Virus record (IMG/VR): IMGVR_UViG_3300025085_000007 | DNA from: a virus | Direction: 5' to 3' (one strand) | DNA length: 64,000 nucleotides | Part shown: positions 46,090 through 58,000 of the stretch, one piece after another | Layout: each line of letters opens with the position of its first letter | Position numbering within the stretch: the first letter of the stretch is position 1 | The notes under the pieces: generated by a model | Seen by the model: only the letters and a program-made list of their open reading frames with translations | Databases searched by the model: none | Told to the model about the DNA's origin: nothing | Position numbers and translations under genes: made by a program

Positions 46090-49000
46090 ATGGGTTTTAA
46101 TTTAGACGATTGGTTTCAATCTAAAGTTCAAGAAAATAGAGGTGGTTATCAAACTGCACAAAAAGATTTAAAAGGACAAATAGAAAATTATGATCAAGGA
46201 GGCCCATTAGAAGATAATCAATCTGAAGGTTTTAATATGTCACAAGGCGACATATCTAGTTTGGCTCAAAATCAACGTACATCATTTAGAAATACAGGTA
46301 GAGGTGCTGGATTTCAAACGCCTCAAACAATATTACCAGGAGACCCTTTAGTAAAAGGCGCTATAGATCAAGATAGATTTATAAAGCAATCTATGATGCA
46401 AACTGAAGACATAGCTAGGTCTGAAGTACAGAGATTGCAAAGATCGTTATTAGCTGGTAGTGGACAAGTAGTAAGTATGGTAGGTGACGTGTTTAACTTT
46501 TTACACGCTATAACGCCAGACACAGGAGAAACGTTTGAGCCATTTGAAACAATAGGTGATTTTATTACAAAGCATGGCGATAAAGCTATGAATAAAATGA
46601 AAAACACTTACATTCCAAAAGAGTTGGAAACTATTGGATTAGAAGATATGTTTAATCCAACTTTCTGGACGGGTGATGTAGCTCAGCAAATCCCTAACTT
46701 TTTAGCAATGTTAACGCCAGGTGCTGTAGGAACAAAACTTGCTAGTAAAGGTTTATTAAAATATTTACCAAAATACACAAAAGCATCAAGAGGATTTTTA
46801 GATGATACGGTAGGTGTTGTTACAAGAACAAAAGGCAGAGGGTTAGGACGATCTATTATTAATGTTGGTATAGAAGGTGCTGATGATTTTATACTTTCAA
46901 CAAGAGGCAAATCTATATCAGCTTTTCTTGGTGGTGGTATTGGTACTACATTAGTAGACGGAGCTACAATAGCAGGACAAACATACAGAAATGGATTAGA
47001 TTTAGGTTTAACTGAAGAAGAGTCTTCTGTAGCAGCTTCTAATGTATTTGGTAATAATTTTGCTTGGGCAGCAATAAATGGTTTGTCTTGGGCAATTACT
47101 TTTGGTAATGCTAGAGTAGCGCCAGTAAGTAGTATGTTGAAAAAATTGCCAAAAAATAATTTTGGTAAAACTATAGCTGGTATTACTCAAAATAGAATAA
47201 CAAGTTTTATTGGTAAGGCTGGTTTAGAATCATATGAAGAGTCTTGGCAAGAATCATATCAAGATTGGGTGCAAAAAAGAGCAATAGCAAAAGTGCAAGG
47301 CATACCATTTAAATATGATGGTGACTATTTATTTGTTAGCCAAGGCTTTAGAGATTATTATGATAGCCCTGAAAATAACAGAACAAAATGGGTTGCAGGT
47401 GCCACAGGTTTGTTAGGTGGTGGTTTTTCTTCTGTAATAAATGATTCAGCAAAACAACAGTTAGCTTTAGATCGTCAAAGAGAAATATTAGAGCAAAATA
47501 TAGATTTACTTAATGATGGTAGTAGAGAATCAAGATTAGCAGTTATAGATAATGTAGTAAAACATTCTGTAGAAGCAAGAGAAACAGATGAACTAAAAGC
47601 TTATGTACAGCAACAATTAGATAAGGGTATTATAGATGAAAAGCTATACGATTTTTATAATAATATAATAGATTCTTATGAAGATCTTTACAATAGAATA
47701 CCAGACTATATAGAAGAAACTGAAGGCTTTGGTAAAGAACAATACTTTTCTAATTTATCTTTAATAGAAAGAAATAAAAATGCTTTAAAATATGCAGAAG
47801 ATGAGTTAAAATCTTGGCAAGAAGAAAATAAAGATTCTATTGGCACAGAAAAATACGAACAGGTATTAAAAGAAAAGCAAGACCAATTAGACAATTTAAA
47901 AGTAGAGTTAGAAGAAGCTAGTGCTAAAGCTAGAGATGTTAATTTAGGGATAGAGCAAGAAATACTTACAGAAAACGATAGGTATAAAAAAGGTGTTGGT
48001 TTAACAACAGATGGTAAATTAACTACTAAAGATGGTAAAAAGATTGGAGGAAGATTTGCTCCACAAAGTAAATTAGATCAAGAGCAAAAAGAAAGCATAT
48101 TAACTAAAGAGGCTGAAGCAAAAAAGGCTAGAGAAGAGGCTGAAAAACCTGAAGAACAAGAAGATGCTACTGAAGAAAAGCCGTCTATAGTTAAAAGAGC
48201 TGTAGATACTGCAGGTCAAGTAGCTCGTAAAACAGGCGAAAAATTAGGTATAGTTAAGCCCAAAGAAGAAACCGAAAAACCAGCTGAAACAGATGTAAAA
48301 GCTGAGTCAGAAGCTGAAACTAAAGCAGAGCCTAAGCAAGAAGAAGATCCTTCTGTATCTAAAGTAGCTTCTAAATTAGAAACAGGTACTATAACTCCTG
48401 AAAATGTTAGGCCACAAGATCAAGCTGATGTTGATGCAGCAATTAATTCTGTAGCAGAAAAATTAAACGCTGGTACAAAAGTTGCTGAATTAACAAATAA
48501 TGAAAAAACAATTGCTATTGAGTTCCAGGAAGAGGTATCTCAAGCACGTAAAAAAAAAGATAATTCGGTAGACGTAGAAGTTGGTCGTAAAGTAGACGCT
48601 AGTACAGCTAGAGAAAAATTAGATAAAAAACAAAAAACTAAGACAAGTCAAAAAAAGCCAGCTAAACCAAGAGATAAGAAAGGCAAAAAGTCTAACTACA
48701 AATCTGCTAATCAAAACGTAGCAAAGAATATAAACTTTAGACGTAGAAACGCTAGAATAGCTAATACTATGTTTATACAGGACAAGTTAAATGTGCCTGT
48801 AGGTATTATAGATTCATCCTTTAATCATTTTGGTACATCACCTGCATATGAAGTTGCTGGTGCTATTTTTGTAGATCCTAATAAACTATACCAAGAGTTA
48901 TTTGTACACGAGTTCACGGGTCATATTTATTTTAGGGTAAATATGGATAAGCCATTAATTAAAAACTTTATTAAAGAATTTTCTAAATCTAATGAGTATG

Positions 49001-52000
49001 CTGCTTTAAAAGGTAGATACCCAGAATTAGAAATGTTTAATTACAATGGTGTAGATTATACTTTAGCAGAAATTTCACAAGACTTACACGAAAGATCGTT
49101 TAATAAAAATGATGAGTTTTTCTATTCTAATTTAACTCCTGAATTACAGGCTTTAATAGATATAGTAGATGAAATAGCAGCTAACGAGAATGCAGGAGCA
49201 TATGAAGGCACAGGTGTTACTAAACAAATAGAAGACTATTCAACATTAAAAAATATGTTAAACGAAAACAACCTTGTTAAAGAGGTTGCTTCTGAAAAAC
49301 AATTAGCTTTAATGGAAGAGGGTTGGGCCACATATATATCTGATCCTGACAATCCTAATACAAGAGAAGACGCTAAAAAAATATTTGATGGTATATTAGA
49401 AAGTCCACAAGAAAATAAAAAGCGTAAGTCTAGAATAAAACGTTTTTGGAATTTAGTAAGTAAGCAAGGAAAGTCTATTGAAAAAGAATCTAAAGCTATC
49501 TTACAAAGTGATAACGACTTTGATGGAATGAGTTTAGAAGAGATGCGTAGTAAGATTACTGCTGACATGCTTAAAATGACTCCTGAAGAAGTTAGACAAG
49601 GCAGGGCTACTAATTCTAGAAGAATGAATTATAAGCCTAACAGAAATTTAACTGATACATCTGTTTTTGAAAATGAATTAGCTAACAATGTATATAGAGC
49701 TGTTAGTAATGATAAAAAGTTAATAAAAGAGTTTGCTACTAAATACTCTGACGATCCTTCTAAACTATTAGAGGATGATGAGTTTATAAACATTATAGTA
49801 GAAAACATGGCTCAGCTATCATACGAATATGGTATTCATAATAGATTTGCAGAGGCTATAATATACAATACTAAAAAACTATCTAAATTAAATCGTGAAG
49901 TTGCTGATTTACAAAAGAAAATTGATGCAGCTAAAAATTTAGATTCTAGAAGAGAGTTTGTAAAACAAATTAAATTTAAAAAAGCACAACTTAGAAAAGC
50001 AGCATCTAAAGTACAGCCAAAAGATATAGACACTACTACTATACAAATGGGTGAAACTAGTATGAGTGTAAGGTCTTTTGCACAGGCTATAGCTTTTAAA
50101 GTTATGAATCGTAAAGGCATAAACTCTGCTTTTGATAGATTTACTAGAGAGGTAAAAAAATTATCTAGTGATGTAACAAAATCAGAGTTAGAAAATTTAT
50201 TTAATAATGCTTTAGAAAAAGAAGGTCTTAATGATTTACAAATAGAATCGCTTGTAAGCGATCAATTGCGTGTAGTAATAGATGAGTATGAAAAAGTATT
50301 TGGTATTAACTACCACGGCTTAGACGCTATTACAGACATCAATGAATTAGTAGACTATAGTGATAATGTTTTAAATATATATAATAAAGACAAAGACGAA
50401 CTATTGTCTAGTATGTCTACTTTAATGCAAGACTTCACTAGAGTATATATGCAAACGCCAGAAGCTCAGTCTAAAAAGAAATCTGTAAGACAGCCATATG
50501 TAAAGAACAAGGCTTTAGGTGCTATGGCAATAATTTTGCAAACAGCACAACAGCATAGAGGTGATATACAGGGTTTTATAGGATCTATTAGGTCTAATAA
50601 AAATAGTTCTGTAGTTGCTTTTGTAAAATACTTAGAAGATAAGTTAATAGTAGAAGGAGCTAAATATAGAAAGCCATTACAAATACTTAGGAACAAAGAC
50701 ACTAAGAATGTACAAAAAAGTATGGCTGATTATTTATTATCATCTATATGGATAAACTTTAGCAATAGAACTAACGAACAAATATTTAGTACAGTAGAAA
50801 AAAATAATGACTCAACACAAATTAACTCATTAGATTTATTTAATGAAGAAACTACAGCTAATGAAGAAAGAGCGTTAGTGTCAAGAGTTATTAAAGAAGC
50901 TGGTTATATATTTAACAAAGGTAGAGAGGGTAACAGAAGACGTAGAGATATAGAGTTTTCTAAAAAAATTATATCAGCTATCAAAGGATTAAATGCTGAT
51001 TCTACCACTACATATGAAGACGCTGAATCTGTATTAATGGAAATGTTTGATGTATATGGTGGTAATTATTTTTATTGGAGTACTTTAGAACAAACAGGTG
51101 TACAGGACGGCAGAAATAGAATTAGTTTAAACGATTGGCTTAAAAAGAACGAAAGCAAAATAATAAAGTCATTAAAAGATTCTAGAATAGATGTAAGTGT
51201 ATTTGAGCCTGTATTGCAACAAGCTGCTTTGAATAGTAGAGTATTCTATTACTTTACTATGATAAAGAATGCAGAAGGCAATCCATCAAACACAATGAAT
51301 AGTCGTAGCTTTATTATAAATCAGAACGAAAGACTAAATGAGTTTTTTGCTAGAAAAGAAGAAGAAACTGATCAAGAATATTACGACAGGGTTTATGATA
51401 GGGCAGAATCATTGACAAATATATACGGTAACAATGCTTACCTTCCGTTTGAATTTAAAGTTGTTGATGGTGTTGAAACAATTGAGCCTAGAATGAACGT
51501 TTTAAAGTTCAGAGGTGGTCTTATATCACAATTAAACAATAGAGGCTTAAACTACGTTAGATTAACTCCACAAGAGCTTATGGTTAGTGAGATGTCTGAC
51601 TTTATGAGTGCGCTAGGCAGACGTAGACAAAAAGATAGTGAAGGCAATATAGTTGACACTACATACATGCAGCAAGTTGGCGTCTTTGCAGAAAAGACTA
51701 GAATGTATTATGTAGAAACTAAATTACTTAAAGATTCACAAATTAAAGAAGAGATAGATTTTAGATTGTCTGACTATATTGGACAAACATATTTAGATGG
51801 AAATCTTGTATTGCCATTTATAAAACAAAAAGGTAAAAAGGCTGTTATAGATGAGTCTTATGTCAGAAAGCAAGTAGCTTTGTTAGAAAAGCACATGATG
51901 AATAATTTACATTTATACAAAACAAATGTAGATTTTGAGCAAATGTTTGATGGCAACAAGTTAAATACTGCAGGTAAAAAAGCATTACGTACATATATAT

Positions 52001-55000
52001 TAAACTTTGGTATTAATAGATTCCAGGCACAAAGAATGTTTATAGGTGATCATAAACAATTTAAAAGTGAAGAAGATTTTGTAAAGCGTAGCGCTGGATC
52101 TATAGCAAGACAAATGCCTACTGATATAAATCAATCTGTAGATGTTCTTATATTAAAAGATCAAGAAATTGATGGTTTCTCAGAAATGGATGCGCAAGGC
52201 TATATGCTTAGCGAAGATGCTGACAACGTAGGATCGCAGTACGGATTAAATTTTATGCGTAATGATAGTGAAACTGCTAGACACTTTAAATATGTTTACT
52301 ATGGTCAAGACTTGCGTGAAGATGGTTTAATTAATAATGTTTTTCAATCAAACAGTTCTTTTTACGCTAAAGCTAATGTTATGTCTATTACTCCTGAAAT
52401 GGAAAAGAAAAATCCATATTTAGCTAGTGTAGCAGAATTATTAAGAATTCGTAAAGCAGATTTACAAAAAGATAACAAAGAACTAAACTACCAAGTAGTA
52501 GCATATCAGGAGTCTGCTATTAAAACGGCACCTTTTAAATTAGATCAATACAGTATAGACTTAAAAGGTATTAATGCTGATATAGTTGGTACAGCATATG
52601 AATTAGAAATAAAACAACCTTATAATGATTTATATTCTAATGATTTAGGTTACGTTGGTTTAGATGGGCAAAACTTTGGTGTACAGTTAATACTTGATAA
52701 AGAAAAGTATACATCACCAATGGCATCACAGTCATACTCACAACACCTAACTAATACTACGCCTGAAACAAAATTGTTAGCGCAAGGAGCACATAGAGCT
52801 ATAGCTAGAGCTATGTCTTATCAATTACAAGAATCAGGAGTTAAAAAGTATTATAATGTAGATGAGTATACAGAAGCAAAACAAATATCTTTAAATAGAT
52901 CCTTGTTAGATAAAATTAATTCATCTTGGGCTGGTAATCCTACTGGCAATATGAAAGATTATGCAAGTGCATTTTTCCCAAAGCTTAATGTATCTAGAAA
53001 CTCTATACTTAATAAATTACTTATAGAGGTTGGTACAAAGGTTATTACTCCAGGAACTATAGCATTCCAGGTAACTCCATATGGTTACAATTTAAAATCG
53101 TTTACAACTTTAAAATCTATAAAAGATACTACAAGCGATCCTGCTAAAATTAACAAGTTAATAGATAAATATGGTGAAGATTTAATTGTTTCTGAAGCTA
53201 TACTACCATATAATATGTCTAAAGATTATAATGTAGGTGATATAGTATTAGGTAGTCGTATACCTTCACACGCAAAAGCAACACAGCCTGTATTAATTGT
53301 TAAAGATTTCTTTGATAGAGATGCTGGTAGTATTATAGCTGTAGCAACAGGTGTTTCTAAATCTATGGGTTCTGACCTTGATGGTGATGCTATATTTGTA
53401 AACAGCAAATATGTTAAGAAAAATTTAAAGTTATCAGAAACAGCGTACAATAGAGCTTTTGACAACATTGTTAAATTAAATGGTAATCAAGCACACATAG
53501 ATGAAATAACTACACCAATTGATTTTGAAAATGATGTTAAAGAGGCTTTAGAATTTGCAGAAGAAAAGTTAGGTAGACGTACTGATGATTTTTCTACAGC
53601 ATCAAATCAAATAATGCCTATAGGTATGTTAAATGCTTTTAACGAAAATGTGCCTGCGGGTGGAATGATTGGTATTGCCGCTACAATGCAAAGAGATATG
53701 AATTACTTTGCACACCATAATGCAGAAATAGATTTTTCTGTAAGAATAGAAGGTGTAGAAAGAAATAAAATATCAGATGATGGTAAAACTAATTATTTAC
53801 AAACTGCTAAAGTTTTAAATATTATATTAGATAATCCAAAGTACCAGTATGCACGTAAGCTAGGATTTACTTATGAAACAATAAAACCAGCAATGTTGTT
53901 GCTTAGAATGGGCTTTAATTTTAAGCAGGTAGCAACTATACTAAATAGCCAAGGTGCATTAAAATATAATAAGTATGTATCTGAAAGGACTGTTATAAAT
54001 GTTAATGACATGTCTTATTATACTCCTGGACAAAAGGCAATGCTTGAGTACTATGAATCAGAATACAATAACAAAGAAGTTACTGATTCAATACAATTCT
54101 TATCTAAGAAGCAATCACCATCTATGTATGTTAGAAAAAATGTTGATCCATTGTTAGATGTTAAAAAAGGCGATACAATAAATTTAGACTTTAGCAATGT
54201 TAATGACAATATGTTTAATATGCAGGTTGTTAAATTGCTAGACTCTATGAATAAGGTTGGTACTGAAGTATTTGACGTAGGTAGAGTTATTGGTTCTTAT
54301 GGTCTTACATTACAAAATGGATTCCAAGTTGACAAACTTTTGTCTGATTTTGAAAATGTAGGTAATAAAGATTCTAGGTTTGTTGAAGGTCCAATGAAAG
54401 CTTTAAAAGCTGATCCTATTATACAGCACAACGTAGACGTTCTTAATAAAATAAAAGAATTAGATAGAGAAATTAATACGCAGTACAGTAATGAAGCTTT
54501 ACAAGTACAAAAATCTATAAATAAAATAGTTGATAGTAGTCAACAAAATGCATTTGAAAATCATCCTGTTGCTGTTAGACAGTATCAGTTATTTAGAATG
54601 CAGCAAGACTTATCTGTATTACAAGATATGCCGTCGCAAGACGTGTTATTTGCAAGCATAGAGCAGTTAGTGTATGAAAATTCTAAACTGCCGTATGATT
54701 TGCAAAATAGATATTTAGCTGACGGTATTATATTAAATTATGATAGTAAAACTGTATCACTAAATAGCAGGTTTGTTGACGCTAACATACCTGAGTCTGA
54801 TATTAATATATTGCAAAGACATTTTGATTTGTTAGATCAAAACAGAGGTATTAATAAATTTGATATAGCTCCAGGTACACCAAGAATAGAGGTAGACAAA
54901 ATTGATGATATAGAAATGGGATACACGCCTATTTATATGGACTTTAATACAGACCAAAGAAAGCTGTTTATACAAATGGACTTTTTGCAAAACGGATGGA

Positions 55001-58000
55001 TTGGTTCTTCTTCTACTTCTGTATTATGGAGCCCTAACTCTTTTGGTAAAGATTTTAAAATTAATCAAGAGTTAAACAATTTAATATTAGACAATAAAAG
55101 AAATGTTTCTAGTCAAGAGGCAGATAATTTAGCTATAGAGTTTTTAAAACAATACTCTTATAACGCTCCTTCAGTTACAATGATTGAAAGCGAAGTGTCT
55201 GAAGATGGTACTGTTTATGCTATTAAAAATTATCCACCTCCTGTAATAGATAAGTTACAACAATCTAACACGCCTCATGTTGTAAAATCGTGGGATAATG
55301 TAGATAGATCGTATAGAACTTTTGAATATAAAGATGGTAAATATTATCTAATAGGAGATTCTAAATTTAATCCTAAACAAGAAGAACAACATAGGTCTAC
55401 TAATACTAGCAAAACATTTAAGCAAGTAGTACGTAAAGTTGTTGACAGGAAAAAATTTGGAAACAGATCTAACAAAAGTAGATACAAAGGATCTTATGAC
55501 ATTTCTGATGTTCAAGTTAATAGAGCTGAACAAGCTGGTATACCTACAAAGGCTATGTCTAAAGATGCATATTTCCAATTAAAAGGACTATCTACAAGAA
55601 ATAGAACTATGTCTGCTGGTACTGAACAGTACTATAATAAAATGTATGAAGACTACAAAGAACAGCATAATGATTTATATCAGTCATTGTATTTAACAGA
55701 CATAAAAACTGACAACTATAAAACTTTAACTGAAGCTGAGTTAGTTGATATATCTATTAAGTTAAGTAATTTTGATAAAGTATTATACAATCAGTATATA
55801 GAATATATTGGTGTAGAGCTTACTGAAAGAATGGAAAAAAAGCAAATAGCTAACATAGCTGAAGTTGCTAACAAAAATAAAATTTCATTAGTTGGTAAAG
55901 ATTTAGGTGCTTGGGAATCTTGGTTAATTTCTAATAACTTAAAACAAACAAATCCAGAAGTGCAATCTATCATTAGAGATTTACAAAATGGATACATGAA
56001 GTTTGTTAAAGATTATAGAAGAATATCTAATCGTATAGGTAAGTTAGAAAAATCTATAAAAGAAGAAAGGTTATCTAAGTTAACAAATGCACAGATCACA
56101 GGTTTGTTTTTAAGAGGTAAACTAAACGATTACATATACAAAAACTTATTTAAAGTTAATGTAAATAAAGATGGGCGTGAGTTTATATCTTTAAGAAAAG
56201 TAGAAGAATTAAAAAATTCAGGAGCTACACAAAATGAAATAGCTTTTTATAATTTGTTTATAGATCAAATACAAAAATATAGTCCTGGTAAAGATTTAAC
56301 ATCTATACCTTATAAGGCTATGAGTGGTTTGCCTTCTCTAGGTAGACACGGTTTATTAGGTTTATACAAATCACAAATAGGTAGTACGTCTGATTTAAAC
56401 AATATAAAAGTACAGGGTGAATTGTTGGACGGCACCACTGATATTAGAACGTTTGCAGAATGGAAAACTTTATACGAAGCTAAAACAAAAGATTCTTTTT
56501 TAAATAAATCTAAAAATTTAATAAGATTAGAAAAAGTTAGAAAACGTGCTGTAGCAGCAGCTAAACGTGGTATGAACGATGACAAAACTCCTATCTTATT
56601 AAACAAAGTAGAAAGAGCTGCTATGACTGATAGCGATGTATTTTATAACATGATAGATAATAAAAATGTTAGTATATCAGAAATAGGCAGTAGAGACTTA
56701 GGAGATGTGTTAAAATCATTTATACATAGCAATATGTTTAAACACGGAACGCAAGAATATAGATTAGATTATTTAAATGAAGTTAAAGTTTTATCAGACA
56801 AAGATGGCAATAAATTTTTTGAAGAAACTTATCAGCAATGGGCTGTTAGAAATGAAAAACCTGATTTCTTGGGTATGCAAACATATTTACCTCTTATTGA
56901 TGGTGCTATAGCATTAAACAAGCTTAAAGGAAATGACAATATGGTAAAATATCTTCAAGAGGTTTGGAGAGACAATGTTATTGGTGGTAAAAAACAAAAA
57001 GCATTTGGTGGTATTTGGGACTGGTCTATTAACAAGCTTGTAGATATTACAACTTTAGGTTATATAGGTTTAGACTCATCTGTTGTTTTAGGTAATACTA
57101 TTATGGGTAAATATACAAGCCTTAGGTCTAAAGGCGGAAAAGAGTTTGTGAAGGGTGAAAAAAGATTTTGGCAAGGATTTTTAGGAGGTCAAGCTTCTGT
57201 AAAGTCATACAAAGAAAGAGCAAAAAATTTACAATTTGGAGCTACTAATAAAACTACTGCAATGCTTAATGAGTTGTTTAAGTTTGAATACTATGAGTAT
57301 GAAGATATATCAGCAGTACATAAACAAAATCCTATTTTTAGATTAGCATTGTGGCCAATGGAACAATCAGAAAAGTGGATACAAGGTGTTATGTTTTTTG
57401 GTCAAATGACTGAAAAGCAATGGGGCTCATATGATGCAGATACAGAAGGTAATTTATTGGTAAAAGCTGTTGATGGTAAATTTTATAAATATACAGATTT
57501 GCCTTTAGATCAGATAAGCTCTGATGCACTAAATATAGATGAGGTAAATAAAATAGTATTTGATGTAAAGAAACAGCAAGGGTTTGGTTATTCTCCTTTA
57601 GACCAACGTAGACTTTCTATGTATAGTTGGACAAGAGCTTTAGGGCAGTTTAAAAAATACTTTTGGACATTTGGTAGAGAAAGAATAGGTGAAGAAAATA
57701 TTGATATGTATGGTAATGCTGACATAGGTACATATAGAGCTTCTTTTGAATTTACAAAAGATATGTATCAGGGTAAGAAAACATTAAAAGATTTTCAAAA
57801 ACTTCCTGAACATAGAAAAGATGCTATTATTAGATATGTGCGTGGTGTTGCTATGACTATGGCTGCTATGTTAGCATATGGATTGTCATCTGATGATGAT
57901 GATAGTGTAGTTTCACAAAGTATAAATAGAGCAGCATATGCTAGAATACAAGAGCAAAACGTACTCTTTAATCCAGATAGATTAAAGTTTATGGCAGTAC